Part shown: positions 10,764 to 21,262 of the stretch, piece by piece
Numbering within the stretch: position 1 is the stretch's first letter
Layout: each line of letters opens with the position of its first letter
Source: Syntrophorhabdaceae bacterium
GTDB lineage: Bacteria; Desulfobacterota; Syntrophorhabdia; Syntrophorhabdales; Syntrophorhabdaceae
Direction: 5' to 3'
Length of the DNA: 64,000 nt
Assembly (NCBI GenBank): GCA_963665295.1
Contig: OY762209.1
Coordinates: 352,001 to 416,000 of the forward strand
Translations under genes and position numbers: made by a program
Notes under the pieces: generated by a model
What the model saw: the letters and a program-made list of their open reading frames with translations, nothing else
Databases searched by the model: none
Told to the model about the DNA's origin: nothing

Positions 10764-11608
10764 TGGAAGACCACGCAAAGACACGGATACTGAAGGACAA
10801 GATGTTCCGGATCACCGTGATGTTTCTCGCGGTCGTCTCCATGCTGCCCCTTTTCCTCATCCTCTACTACATAACCAGGAACGGCATCGCGGTCATAAAC
10901 TGGGGGTTTCTCGCCACCCTGCCCCGTCCCATCGGCGAACCGGGCGGGGGCATATACAACGCCATTATCGGCACCATATACCTGATCGTCCTCTCGAGCA
11001 TCTTCTCCATCCCCATAGGCATTACGGCAGGCATCTACCTCTCGGAGCGAAAGGAAGGAAAGCTCGCGGAACTGGTGCGGCTTTGCGTGGTGGTGCTCCA
11101 GGGAACGCCCTCCATTGTGATCGGCATCGTCGCCTACTCATGGATAGTGGCCCCGATCCAGACCTTTTCGGCCCTTTCGGGGGGTATTGCCCTCAGCATC
11201 ATGATGCTGCCCGTTATTATAAAAACGACGGAAGAAACCTTGAAGCTGGTGCCCTACCACCTGAAAGAGGCGTCCCTCGCCCTGGGCGTGCCCTATCACA
11301 GGACGATACTCAAGGTCATACTTCCTTCGGGGCTCACCAGCATACTGACGGGCATATTGCTGAGCGTCGCCCGCATTACCGGTGAAACCGCCCCGCTTCT
11401 CTTCACGGCCTTCGGCAACCAGTTCATGAACTACAACATACTGAAACCGATAGACTCCCTGCCTTACCGCATATTCTATTACGCCATGAGCCCCTACCCG
11501 GAATGGCACGCCTTCGCCTGGGGAGCATCGTTCATTCTAGTCGTACTGGTCCTGGGGTTAAATATGCTTGCAAGGGGGTTGGCAGTTAAATGGAAAGTAC
11601 AATTCTGA
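10760..11608 (+). CDS. pstA: Phosphate ABC transporter permease
   Basis: PSIVIG, EASLALG and [13 protein letters not shown]. Operon position. Confidence 0.93.
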   Translation: MMEDHAKTRILKDKMFRITVMFLAVVSMLPLFLILYYITRNGIAVINWGFLATLPRPIGEPGGGIYNAIIGTIYLIVLSSIFSIPIGITAGIYLSERKEGKLAELVRLCVVVLQGTPSIVIGIVAYSWIVAPIQTFSALSGGIALSIMMLPVIIKTTEETLKLVPYHLKEASLALGVPYHRTILKVILPSGLTSILTGILLSVARITGETAPLLFTAFGNQFMNYNILKPIDSLPYRIFYYAMSPYPEWHAFAWGASFILVVLVLGLNMLARGLAVKWKVQF

Positions 11609-12348
11609 GAGTTGAGAATTTCTGCGCCTTTTTCGGCGATAACAAGATTCTCAAAGATGTAAGTCTCGCCACCACGAACAATGTGGTGACGGCTTTAATG
11701 GGACCTTCCGGCTGCGGCAAGACCACCTTGATAAGGTGCGTCAACCGGATGCACGAACTGATCCCCGGAGCGAAGGTAAGCGGCCGGATTCACCTTAAAG
11801 ACCGCGACGTTTACGCCATGGAGCCCATCGTACTGAGAAGGCAGATAGGGATGGTGTTCCAGAAGCCGAACCCCTTTCCCACCATGAGCATATACGATAA
11901 CGTCATCGCAGGTTACAAGCTCAACGGCATAAAGATGCCCCGGAGCGACTTCGACGGCATCGTGGAGCAGTCGCTGAAGGACGCGGCCCTGTGGGGAGAG
12001 GTGAAAGATGCTCTCCACAGGAAGGGAACCTTCCTCTCGGGAGGTCAGCAACAGCGACTCTGCATAGCGCGGGCCCTTGCCATGAAGCCCGAGATCCTGC
12101 TTCTCGACGAACCCACCTCCGCCCTGGACCCCAAGTCCACCACCCATATCGAGGAGCTTATCGTCGAGCTTAAGAAGAACGTCACCATGCTTCTGGTCAC
12201 TCATAATATTGCGCAGGCTGCGAGGGTATCCGACTATACGGCTTTCCTCTATCTGGGCGAGTTGATTGAGTTCGGTCCAACGGACAAAATGTTCACAGTG
12301 CCCAAGGACAAAAGGACCGAGGAATATTTAACGGGAAAATTCGGATAG
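11590..12348 (+). CDS. pstB: Phosphate ABC transporter ATP-binding protein
   Basis: [32 protein letters not shown], and C-terminal [10 protein letters not shown]. Confidence 0.95.
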   Translation: MESTILRVENFCAFFGDNKILKDVSLATTNNVVTALMGPSGCGKTTLIRCVNRMHELIPGAKVSGRIHLKDRDVYAMEPIVLRRQIGMVFQKPNPFPTMSIYDNVIAGYKLNGIKMPRSDFDGIVEQSLKDAALWGEVKDALHRKGTFLSGGQQQRLCIARALAMKPEILLLDEPTSALDPKSTTHIEELIVELKKNVTMLLVTHNIAQAARVSDYTAFLYLGELIEFGPTDKMFTVPKDKRTEEYLTGKFG

Positions 12349-12356
12349 GAGAAAGC

Positions 12357-13010
12357 ATGCTCGAAGACAGGATCAATGAGTTAAGAAGACAACTTATCGA
12401 ATACGGCGCCCTCGTCGAAAAGATGATCGAGAAGAGCGTTGCCGGCCTTTTGGGGAAGGATGCTGCCGTTCTCTCGGATGTGATCGAGAACGACGAGCCC
12501 AGGGCCAACGACTTTGAAATACGCCTGGACGAGCGGTGCATCGCCATGATCGCCCAGTATCAGCCCAAGGCCAGGGACTTGAGGACCATACTCATGGTGC
12601 TCAAGATGAATAACGACCTCGAAAGGATGGGGGACCACGCGGTCAATATATGCAAAAGCGGCCTGTTTCTCATTGCCCGCCCGCAGGTAAAGCCGCTCAT
12701 CGACATTCCGAGGATGGCCGAAAACGCCATGGCCATGGTCAGGGACAGCATCAGTTCCTTCGTCACCGGCGACGCCGCGCAGGCGAGATCGGTGTGTGAA
12801 AGGGACAACACAGTGGATGCCCTCATGGAGCAGGTTTTCAGAGAGCTGGTCACCCACATGATCGCCGAGCCGAAAACCATAGAGCGGGCCATGCGCCTGA
12901 TCACCATTGCGCGGAACCTGGAGAGAATCGCGGACCTGTCCACAAACATCTGCGAGGACGTGATTTTCATGGTGGAAGGCAAGGTAATCAAACATCGTCT
13001 CAACATATAG
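12357..13010 (+). CDS. phoU: Phosphate signalling protein PhoU
   Basis: Two PhoU repeats (DLERMGDHAVNI, NLERIADLSTNICE). Confidence 0.95.
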   Translation: MLEDRINELRRQLIEYGALVEKMIEKSVAGLLGKDAAVLSDVIENDEPRANDFEIRLDERCIAMIAQYQPKARDLRTILMVLKMNNDLERMGDHAVNICKSGLFLIARPQVKPLIDIPRMAENAMAMVRDSISSFVTGDAAQARSVCERDNTVDALMEQVFRELVTHMIAEPKTIERAMRLITIARNLERIADLSTNICEDVIFMVEGKVIKHRLNI

Positions 13011-13069
13011 ACCGGCACGCCTCAAAAGACCCCGGGCGTGTCCGGATTCTCTTATTGAGAGACAAGACA

Positions 13070-13109
13070 GTCTTGCACAACAAGACACATTTGTCTTGTT
13101 GTGCAAGAC
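13070..13109. repeat. Perfect 18-bp inverted repeat (candidate enhancer-binding-protein site or terminator hairpin)
   Basis: GTCTTGCACAACAAGACA-CATT-TGTCTTGTTGTGCAAGAC, about 110 bp upstream of a sigma54-type motif. Confidence 0.7.
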
Positions 13110-13164
13110 AAATGTGGGGTCATTCCCCTGTAACCGAATATCCTCATTTTGTGACCATGACGCG

Positions 13165-13177
13165 TAACATTTTGAAT
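13165..13177. promoter_or_regulatory. IHF-like site
   Basis: TAACATTTTGAAT has one mismatch to YAANNNNTTGATW and lies between the palindrome and the -24/-12 motif. Confidence 0.4.
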
Positions 13178-13217
13178 TAACAGCTACTTCCCACCTCCGT
13201 ACATATGTTCCCGGTCA

Positions 13218-13233
13218 TGGCACAAATCTTGTA
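13218..13233 (+). promoter_or_regulatory. Sigma54 (-24/-12) promoter upstream of the rpoH-like gene
   Basis: TGGCAC-AAATC-TTGTA versus consensus TGGCAC-N5-TTGCW. Confidence 0.6.
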
Positions 13234-13378
13234 ATACAAGTCACGGTGAGATCACAAACACATATATTCACATGGTCGGATTTGAACACAAGGATACGCA
13301 ATAGAGATATCTGCCCGCGCCTGTTCGAAAGACAAGCCGGAACCATACAATTTATAATGAGAGAGGAGGAAGACTGAA

Positions 13379-14275
13379 ATGACAGACATGAGAAATGTGA
13401 ACGAAGGCGAAGCCGTGATTGACCTGGACAAGAGTCTCCCTATGGCTTACGACCCCTTGAAGTCATACCTCAAAGAGGTATCAATGCACAAAGTGCTCAC
13501 CAGGGAAGAGGAGTTCGAGACTACACGTCTCGTTTACGAGCAGAACGACCGGGACGCGGCCCAGAAGCTCGTGGTCTCCAACCTGAAGCTCGTGGTCAAG
13601 ATATCCCTTGAATACTATAACGCCTACCTCAACATCCTGGACGTAATCCAGGAGGGCAACGTGGGCCTGCTCCACGCGGTAAAGAAATACAATCCCTATA
13701 AGGGCACCAAGTTCTCGACTTACGCCTCGTTCTGGATAAGGGCATATATCCTCAAACATATCATGGACTCGTGGAGTCTGGTAAAGGTGGGGACTACCCA
13801 GGGCCAGAGGAAACTCTTCTACGGCCTCAACAGGGAAAGGCGGAAACTCGAATCCCTCGGCATCTATCCTTCTCCCAAGCTTCTTTCGAGCAGCCTCGGA
13901 GTGAAAGAGACGGAGGTCGAGGAGATGACCCAGAGACTCAGCCGCACGGACCTGTCCCTGGATACGCCCCTTAACGACGAGAGCAGCGACACCGTGCTGG
14001 ATACCATTGCCAATGAAGACAACGTGGAAGAGATCGTGAGCAGGAGCCAGGAATCGGAGGTAATCTCCCGGAAGATCCTGGAGTTCCGAAAGGGACTCAA
14101 TGACAAGGAGGCTTTCATATTCGACCGGCGCGTCCTTGCAGAGGAGCCGGAAACACTCCAGGAGATCGGGGGCCGGTTCAATATCTCCAGGGAGCGGGTA
14201 AGACAACTCGAAGTCAGGGTTATGAAACGCCTCAAGAGAAGCTTCGAGGAAGACAGGGTCGCCCTGGGCATGTAG
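13379..14275 (+). CDS. rpoH: RNA polymerase sigma factor, RpoH/sigma32 type
   Basis: Region 2 DVIQEGNVGL/FSTYASFWIRA, RpoH-box-like QRKLFYGL, region 4 SRERVRQLE. Confidence 0.8.
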   Translation: MTDMRNVNEGEAVIDLDKSLPMAYDPLKSYLKEVSMHKVLTREEEFETTRLVYEQNDRDAAQKLVVSNLKLVVKISLEYYNAYLNILDVIQEGNVGLLHAVKKYNPYKGTKFSTYASFWIRAYILKHIMDSWSLVKVGTTQGQRKLFYGLNRERRKLESLGIYPSPKLLSSSLGVKETEVEEMTQRLSRTDLSLDTPLNDESSDTVLDTIANEDNVEEIVSRSQESEVISRKILEFRKGLNDKEAFIFDRRVLAEEPETLQEIGGRFNISRERVRQLEVRVMKRLKRSFEEDRVALGM

Positions 14276-14364
14276 CCCGGGACCACCCGCGGACGATCAG
14301 CCGGGCCCCTCTTTCCTGCCCGTTGGCGGGAAAGAAAGGCTGGTCCGTGGTGAATTCAGGGGCC

Positions 14365-15165
14365 ATGAACAGAACCTCGCAACCTGCATACAGCCGGATG
14401 GACAACGCCTTTTATGACCGCGCAGGCGCTGAATGGTGGCGCAAAGACTCCGCCCTTTCCTTGATGAAGGCCTGCGTCAACCCTGTCAGGGTAGCCTATA
14501 TCAGAAGGAAACTGGAGGAGCGGGGCATAGACCCCGCAGGATTGGCCGCCCTCGAGGTGGGTTGCGGCGGCGGGGTGTTGAGTGAAGAGATGGGGCGCAT
14601 GGGTTTCATCCTCACGGGCGTCGATGCCTCGGTGCCTTCCCTCAGGGTCGCATTGGACCATTCCAGGGCCGGCGGGCTCAGTATCGGCTACGCCGGGGGA
14701 AAAGCCGAGTCCCTTCCCTGCCGGGACAACGCCTTCGACGCGGTCTTTTGCTGCGATGTGCTGGAACACGTAGGTGACGTGCCGCGGGTGATTTCCGAGA
14801 TCGGACGTGTTCTCAGGCCCAAAGGGCTTTTCTTCTACGACACGGTCAACCGCACCCTCTTCTCCAGGCTCGTGACCATCAAGATATCCCAGGAATGGAA
14901 ACGATGGGCTTTCATGCCCGCTGACGTCCACGTATGGGAGATGTTTGTCCGGCCTGCGGAGTTGAGACTCCTCCTCGCAGCGCATAATTTCGAGTGGAAA
15001 GAACACCGGGGCATGGAACCCGGCCTTTCCGCGCCAAGGATTCTCCGCTGTCTCCGGCAAAGAGTGAAAGGTCGCCTGTCGTACGCGGAACTGGGCGCAC
15101 GACTGTCTCTCGTGGAGAGCGCCGACATGTCGATCATTTACATGGGCTACGCGATCAGGAAATAA
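14365..15165 (+). CDS. UbiG-like SAM-dependent O-methyltransferase
   Basis: WW...NPVR, LEVGCGGG, CDVLEHV and DTVNRT motifs. Start uncertain (14323 or 14365). Confidence 0.75.
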   Translation: MNRTSQPAYSRMDNAFYDRAGAEWWRKDSALSLMKACVNPVRVAYIRRKLEERGIDPAGLAALEVGCGGGVLSEEMGRMGFILTGVDASVPSLRVALDHSRAGGLSIGYAGGKAESLPCRDNAFDAVFCCDVLEHVGDVPRVISEIGRVLRPKGLFFYDTVNRTLFSRLVTIKISQEWKRWAFMPADVHVWEMFVRPAELRLLLAAHNFEWKEHRGMEPGLSAPRILRCLRQRVKGRLSYAELGARLSLVESADMSIIYMGYAIRK

Positions 15166-15169
15166 GGGA

Positions 15170-16078
15170 TTACCGGCCCCCTTGTTTCTTCGCCGTCTCC
15201 TCGAGATAGATCGTCTCGACGAGGCTTGGCCAACGCGCGCCGCCGGGACGGTCATCGACGTTGAAAGCGGACTTTACGTCGGCAAGGGTCCTGCCCTCCG
15301 CCACCATTGCCCTGATCTTCGCCTGTTTTTCCTCTATGGTCCGTATGTGGTCCCTGATTTGCGCCTTCGTAACCGGGTCGCTGTGGCCGCTCAGGAAGAG
15401 ATCCGCGTCGAGTTCGAGGATAGACTTCAGGACCTTGACGAGGCCGGAGGAGTTCCCGGACTTATGCCGGTGGATGAGCTGGTCCCTGTCTGTAAAGATG
15501 AGGTCACCGATGAACGCGACCTTTTCACGAGAGAAAAGAATGACCGCGTCCCCGTCCGTGTGAGCGGGTCCGAAATAGAAAAATTCGATACGGTGATGCC
15601 CTGTCCCGGCAGGATAGAGATGGAGTCCCTGGGAGAAGGTGATATTGGGGAGGTACGACCGTTCCCGGGCCGATTGAAAAGCCTTGTCCATGTGGACCCG
15701 CGTATTTTCATGAGATATGATGGGTATACCCCCGGGAAACCCCACAAGGCCGTTCACGTGGTCTTGGTCGCTGTGGGTGATCGCGATAAATGAAATGGGC
15801 AGGGTGGTCAGTTTCCTGATTTCCCCGGTCATCTGCCGGGCCGATGCCTCGGTCATCTTCGCATCGATCACCACCACTTCCTTCTCGCCGATGAAGAATC
15901 CCGTATTGGCTCCCGCGCCGCCCTTTACCTGGTATACGCTCCCCCTGATGTTCTCGACAACAACGCCGGAAGGGGCCTGGACAGCAGGCTTTTCCGGGAC
16001 CTGCGACCTGGCGGTAGGAGGACAAAGAAAGGACAGTGAAACAAAAAGGACCGTGACGATAACAAAAAGGCGCTTCAT
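15170..16078 (-). CDS. Exported MBL-fold metallo-hydrolase (cyclase-like)
   Basis: Signal peptide; THSDQDH, AHTDGD, GDL and SGH motifs. Confidence 0.85.
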   Translation of the reverse strand: MKRLFVIVTVLFVSLSFLCPPTARSQVPEKPAVQAPSGVVVENIRGSVYQVKGGAGANTGFFIGEKEVVVIDAKMTEASARQMTGEIRKLTTLPISFIAITHSDQDHVNGLVGFPGGIPIISHENTRVHMDKAFQSARERSYLPNITFSQGLHLYPAGTGHHRIEFFYFGPAHTDGDAVILFSREKVAFIGDLIFTDRDQLIHRHKSGNSSGLVKVLKSILELDADLFLSGHSDPVTKAQIRDHIRTIEEKQAKIRAMVAEGRTLADVKSAFNVDDRPGGARWPSLVETIYLEETAKKQGGR

Positions 16079-16180
16079 AGGGATACCTCCTTACCGCATT
16101 GCCGCTTGAGGACGGTTGCCCGCCTCGATGCGCATGTTTCCGCCCTTCTCATCGCGCGGCCCCATGACCCGGACCACGGG

Positions 16181-17401
16181 TCACACGTCGCTGTTTCTCA
16201 CGCCTGAGGGCCTCCATGCAGGAGAGATCACCCCGGGGCCATTGCCCTGGGTGATGGTCGATGCCCGTGTGATGGCGTGTTCTCCGAATTTATCGTTCAC
16301 CGTATCCACGGCCTTTGCGAGGGCGGCCTTCTTCTCCTCGTCCGATTCCTGGAAGAGGGACATCTGTCGATCGGACTTCCCGAGGGACGAGAGGGAAATA
16401 CCGAGGAGCCGCACGCTCCGGTGGAGGCGTATCCCGTTGAGAATAGCCGCCGCGGAGTGGTAGATCTCGCCCGTGTCATTCGTGGGAACGGACAGGGTGG
16501 TCTGCTTCGTAAAGGTCTTGAAGTCCGCATACCTGACGGTGAGGGTAACCTTCTTCCCTTTATGGCCGTAGCGCCGGGCCCGTCTTCCCACCTTTTCACT
16601 CAGCCTGAGAAGGCATTTCATGAGTTCTTCCCGCTCCCACAGGTCTTTGGGAAGAGTGACGCTGTGGCCTATCGATTTCGGCTCCCGGGATGCGACCTCC
16701 AGGGGCCTCTCCAGCCTCCCTGCGCCCATCTCCCTCAAGCGCTCACCAAGAACACCGAACTTCCTGGTAAGGAGGGCAAGAGGCGCCCTTCCCAAGGCGC
16801 CGCACGTGGTGATGCCCATGGCCCGCAACTTGTCCGCGGTGTGCGACCCTATGCCCCACAACTTTTTCACGGGAAGGTCCTCGAAAACGGATGCCAACCC
16901 GTGTTCATCGATCCACCGCAAGCCATCCGGTTTTGCGAGGTCGCTCGCGAGCTTGGCCACAAGGACATTCGGCCCGATGCCTGCGGTGCATGTAATGCCC
17001 AACTCCCGTTTCACTGTCTCCTTGATGGTCCGGGCCACACTCTCGGGACCGCCCGAAAGGTGATGGGAGCCCGTGACGTCGAGGAAGACCTCGTCGATGG
17101 AGTAAATCTCTATATCAGGGGTGAAGCGGAGGCAGATCTCTTCCAGTCTCTTACATATCTCCGCGTATTTCCGGTTGTTCCCCGTCACGAGGATGATGTG
17201 GGGGCAAAGCCTCTTTGCCTCGTACACGGTCATACCTGTCTTGACCCCGAATTTCCGGGCTTCGTAGGACGAGGTGGTGACCACTGTTCTCTCTCCGGCC
17301 CCGGTTACGGCTATGGGCTTGCCCCTGAGCTCCGGGTTGTCCCGCTGTTCCACGGAAGCGAAGAAGGCGTCCATATCGACGCATATGATTATTTTCGCCA
17401 T
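16181..17401 (-). CDS. dinB: DNA polymerase IV (Y family)
   Basis: VDMDAFFASVEQ, SYEARKFGV, SIDE and AKLASDLAKPDG. Confidence 0.95.
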   Translation of the reverse strand: MAKIIICVDMDAFFASVEQRDNPELRGKPIAVTGAGERTVVTTSSYEARKFGVKTGMTVYEAKRLCPHIILVTGNNRKYAEICKRLEEICLRFTPDIEIYSIDEVFLDVTGSHHLSGGPESVARTIKETVKRELGITCTAGIGPNVLVAKLASDLAKPDGLRWIDEHGLASVFEDLPVKKLWGIGSHTADKLRAMGITTCGALGRAPLALLTRKFGVLGERLREMGAGRLERPLEVASREPKSIGHSVTLPKDLWEREELMKCLLRLSEKVGRRARRYGHKGKKVTLTVRYADFKTFTKQTTLSVPTNDTGEIYHSAAAILNGIRLHRSVRLLGISLSSLGKSDRQMSLFQESDEEKKAALAKAVDTVNDKFGEHAITRASTITQGNGPGVISPAWRPSGVRNSDV

Positions 17402-17885
17402 GGGTGATTATACCCGGATTACGGACGAAGAACAATGGCTTTCAGAATCCCGGTCATGGTCTTCAGGCCGGAAGTTTCCCGCGCCCCGTCATTCCTTGAA
17501 GATGGTCAGCTTCCTCATCATTTTCGATGGTTTTCCACATTATTTGTTCATAACCTGTTCACAACAATGTAGATTTCTTCCCTAAGTCTTGGATTTTATT
17601 TGAAAGATAGCTTATTGCCGCACCACGAAGCAACGTTTAAAACTTAGTTATTACAGTTACTTAGAAGAGGGAGGCAGGCACCCTGTGCCCTACGGATCTC
17701 CTTAATGAGCTTCACGTAATGGCCTGCAATATCGGGCCGTTTAAGATCATGCCATTTTTCACAAGTGGAACTATTTTGTCTGTCGGGAAGTTACGAGGGG
17801 TTCATCGAGACCGCCGATCTTTGCGCAAATGGTGGTTTTCGACCGGGGGACACGAGACGCCCCGGCCTCATGGGGGATCTTCAAC

Positions 17886-18227
17886 TCACCGGGAAGAAAG
17901 TTTTTGGCGATCCCGGGGCTCTTCCCGGTCCCCGGCCTTCATTGCCGTGCTCCCGGCGACATGGTTCTCTCCGTCTCCGGATTTGCGGACTTTGCCCTTG
18001 GGATGTATCGCATCGCGCGTCGCGCGAATGAGCTTCGCCCCCGGAATAATATGCCACTTGAGGAGCAGGGCGACAGCCACCGCCACCAATACGGGGAAAA
18101 CGAATCCGGATATTGCCTCGTAAAAATCTCTGATCAGATCCAATACAACCTGTCCCGACTCCGGGCTTCCGTATATCAGGCACAACATTGCAGCCTGCTG
18201 CCCGGCCCCGGAGCTTGCGTACTCCAA
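17886..18227 (-). CDS. Hypothetical small membrane protein
   Basis: TTG start after AGAGAGG and one hydrophobic segment. No family recognised. Confidence 0.3.
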   Translation of the reverse strand: MEYASSGAGQQAAMLCLIYGSPESGQVVLDLIRDFYEAISGFVFPVLVAVAVALLLKWHIIPGAKLIRATRDAIHPKGKVRKSGDGENHVAGSTAMKAGDREEPRDRQKLSSR

Positions 18228-18498
18228 CTTCCTCTCTATTTCTTTTCCATGGGCAGAAATAGGGCAGAAAAGGGTAAATTCACCGAATGGCGTTAAGAGC
18301 CATCGCTGTGTTTAAGCATACGATATTAAAGCCGTTATGTAAAGTGTCCCGGCAAGGGGGTAACGGAATATCCCCTTTTTCCTGCTCTTTCCGGCGATCC
18401 TTACGCGGGCGGGCCACGGGTGCCCTGCTCAGTTGTCGCACCCTGACTTTGTAATGTACCGGAGAGCAAGGAAAAGGGCCTCGCCGGATAAGGACTCA

Positions 18499-18527
18499 TT
18501 GACATACAAATCGGTTATTCTTATACT
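18499..18527 (+). promoter_or_regulatory. Near-consensus sigma70 promoter
   Basis: TTGACA-N17-TATACT upstream of the small ORF at 18578. Confidence 0.75.
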
Positions 18528-18577
18528 TTCATCTCACCACGGGAGCGACGTATATACCACATGAGGAGGATTACGCC

Positions 18578-18757
18578 ATGGATTCAAAAGAGGCAACGAT
18601 TCTGGATGTGATGAAGAAGGAAGGCAAGTGCATGAGACCGGGTGACATCGCCAAGAAGGCCGAGATGGACAAGGATGAGGTCTCGAAGATCATCGACAAG
18701 CTGAAGAAGGACGGGAAAGTGACCTCTCCCAAGCGATGTTTCTATGAACCGGTGTAA
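18578..18757 (+). CDS. 59-aa winged-helix DNA-binding protein (absent from the ORF track)
   Basis: Translated by hand: MDSKEATILDVMKKEGKCMRPGDIAKKAEMDKDEVSKIIDKLKKDGKVTSPKRCFYEPV. GAGGAGG RBS and its own promoter. Confidence 0.85.
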   Translation: MDSKEATILDVMKKEGKCMRPGDIAKKAEMDKDEVSKIIDKLKKDGKVTSPKRCFYEPV

Positions 18758-18866
18758 ATGACAACGGCGGAAGATCGGTTGTTCCACCCTGAGTCCTGCC
18801 GGTATATAACCAGGGGAGAATCAGGCGCCGGGACAACACACAACAAAAACATACAAAGGACTGATT

Positions 18867-19283
18867 ATGGACGACACCGTCACGCAGGAACAGCGCATTA
18901 CGGAAGTATTAGGCGCGGATAATATCACGGTTACCCTGAAATCGTTAACCCTCTACCGGGATTATCTCAGGAAGAACCTCGATGCCTCATTCACAATGAC
19001 CGGGGTTGAAGGCTTCCCCTGGGAAGGAGAGTATGCGTTTAATCCCGACGATACGGCAGACCGGGAAGCCCTGAAAAGGAAGCAGCCTTCCCCTGCGGAC
19101 ATTTACGAACTGAAACGCTTTGAAGATCTCATTGACGAAGTCACGGGAATCCTTGTAAAAGTGAAACGGGTAAATGACAACCAGCGCTTCATCGTTAAGC
19201 TTGCGTCCCTGAAGGCGACAGACGAGACATCGAGGAACTTCACCCTTCTCGATGATTATTCGGCATGGTTCGTCAACCACTGA
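18867..19283 (+). CDS. Conserved hypothetical protein, possibly CcbP-like calcium-binding family
   Basis: AAAGGA RBS, acidic composition, FPWE and C-terminal LLDDYSAWFVN. Family call is from memory. Confidence 0.6.
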   Translation: MDDTVTQEQRITEVLGADNITVTLKSLTLYRDYLRKNLDASFTMTGVEGFPWEGEYAFNPDDTADREALKRKQPSPADIYELKRFEDLIDEVTGILVKVKRVNDNQRFIVKLASLKATDETSRNFTLLDDYSAWFVNH

Positions 19284-19363
19284 AATGAATCCTGAACAGA
19301 CGCCGGGGTCCGGGTTTTCGACGCGGCCCGCGGCGGAAGCCCCTTATCCGACGGAGGCTCCGT

Positions 19364-21106
19364 TCAGATTCTTTGCTTTTTGCGGTTCTTCTCCTGGTAC
19401 ATAAGATCATCCGCCCTGGCAATAAGCTCATCGAGGGAGTCGCCGGGTTCAAAAAGTGCCGTTCCCACGCTCAAGGAGAGCCGGTATCCTCCGGTTTCAT
19501 GTGTGTTGAACTCATGGAGTATACTGTCAAGGCGTTCCATGAGAGATTCTCTGCTTTCATGGTCCGTATCGATGGCGAGGGCCGCAAATTCGTCCCCTCC
19601 CATGCGTCCGATGATGTCCGATTTTCTGAATGTCTGCCGGAGAATCGCGGAGACGTCGACGAGGGCCCGGTCGCCCTCCCTGTGACCCAGTGTATCGTTG
19701 ATCTGTTTCATGCCGTCGAGGTCGATAAAGAATAACTCCATGCCCTTCCCGGTTCTCTCCGCCAGTTTCAATTGCTGCTGGGCAAGAGTGAGAAACCCGC
19801 GCCGATTGTATAATCCGGTAAGTTCGTCGGTGGTCGTCATGGCCTTGAGCCTTTCTTCCATCTCCCTCCTTTCCGTGACATCCCTCAAGTAGGCAAGAGA
19901 GGCCGGTTCTCCTTCGAAGAAGGTCATAGCCACGGAGGCTTCGATATAAATCACGGTCCCGTCCTTCCTTATCCCCTTATATTCGTACCGCGACGGGGCA
20001 GGCTCGCCCTGTTGCCGCCTCCGGGCATATTCCACCACCCTCTCCCGGTCATCGGGATGGGCCTCCCGGTGTTCCTCTCCCTGCATAAAGTCTTCAAGGC
20101 TTTCGTAACCGAATATATCCAGAAATTTCCGATTGATGAAAACGTTCCGGCCTCCCTTGTCCAGCGCCACCCCGTCGTTGGAATGTTCTATGGCCGTACG
20201 GTAACGCTCTTCCGATTCCTTCAGCCTCATCTCTATCTTTTTGCGCTCTGTGATGTCTGCGCCGATGCCGAAGAAATAGTCAAGGCTCCCATCGGGTTTT
20301 CTTATGGCACGGCCGTTCCATTCCACCAGCAACTCCCTCCCGTCCTTCGTCAATACCCTGTTTTCATGGAGCGTCGGCTCGACCCGGACCATCAAATCAG
20401 AGATAACCCCCAAAAGGCGCTCCCTGTCCCCATGGGGGATGAGGGTTGAAAGACAATCCTTGCCCGTTACCTCTTCCAGGGTGTAGCCAAGCATACGAAG
20501 GGTGGAATTATTCATCACCCTGATTGTGCCGTCGCTGTTGACGGCAACAAGAAAAGCAGGAGAGGTTTCAATCATGGTGGAACTGAAATCCCTTTCCTTG
20601 CGCAGCGTCTCCTCGATACGCCTGCGTTCCGTGATATCACGGACAACGGCCTGGAGAAACGGTTTGCCGTCCAGCACCACGGCAGTGAGCAGCACATCGG
20701 CAAGGAAGGTCTCACCGGTGTCGGCGCGCTTGTGGACCCACTCGAATTGGACCCTGCCCTTTTCGAGGGCTGCGGCCATGCGCCGGTTACTCAGAGTGAT
20801 GGACTCCGTGCCGCAAGGCTGGAAGGGCGGGGACAAGTCGCCGGGGTGCATCGAACAGAACCGCTCTCTGCTCTCGCAGCCGAAAACCGCCAGAGCCGCC
20901 TCGTTGCAGTCGAGAAAGCCCTTCTCGTCCGCCAACATCACTGCGTCGCCGGTCGCATCGTAAAGGGTGCGGAATTTCATCTCGGAGCGAAGCAGTGTTT
21001 CTTCGGTGTGCCGATATTCTCTTTCCCGCAGTTCCAGTTCCCGGACCCTCTTTCTCAAAGCCGATATTTCTTCGACGAGTTCCTTTTTTGTCCTGGATGG
21101 GCTCAC
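19364..21106 (-). CDS. PAS-PAS-PAS diguanylate cyclase
   Basis: Three PAS/PAC units, DELTGLYNRR, an RxxD I-site (RKSD) and an intact GGDEF. Confidence 0.93.
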   Translation of the reverse strand: MSPSRTKKELVEEISALRKRVRELELREREYRHTEETLLRSEMKFRTLYDATGDAVMLADEKGFLDCNEAALAVFGCESRERFCSMHPGDLSPPFQPCGTESITLSNRRMAAALEKGRVQFEWVHKRADTGETFLADVLLTAVVLDGKPFLQAVVRDITERRRIEETLRKERDFSSTMIETSPAFLVAVNSDGTIRVMNNSTLRMLGYTLEEVTGKDCLSTLIPHGDRERLLGVISDLMVRVEPTLHENRVLTKDGRELLVEWNGRAIRKPDGSLDYFFGIGADITERKKIEMRLKESEERYRTAIEHSNDGVALDKGGRNVFINRKFLDIFGYESLEDFMQGEEHREAHPDDRERVVEYARRRQQGEPAPSRYEYKGIRKDGTVIYIEASVAMTFFEGEPASLAYLRDVTERREMEERLKAMTTTDELTGLYNRRGFLTLAQQQLKLAERTGKGMELFFIDLDGMKQINDTLGHREGDRALVDVSAILRQTFRKSDIIGRMGGDEFAALAIDTDHESRESLMERLDSILHEFNTHETGGYRLSLSVGTALFEPGDSLDELIARADDLMYQEKNRKKQRI

Positions 21107-21262
21107 CCGGCCTCCTTGTGTAGTGAATAATGGTTATTATCGCATAATACTTCTGAAAATCTCAGCAAAATTAGCGGGTCACCCGGGGCGGGTATGACGT
21201 GGTAACCGTGACATTGATGCAAGGTAAATGGTACCTTAGCATAAATACCTGGGCATTATGAT

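Noticed and set aside
17719..18296. Overlapping plus-strand ORFs upstream of dinB
   Set aside because: No RBS or family features. Only the minus-strand membrane ORF was kept, at low confidence.
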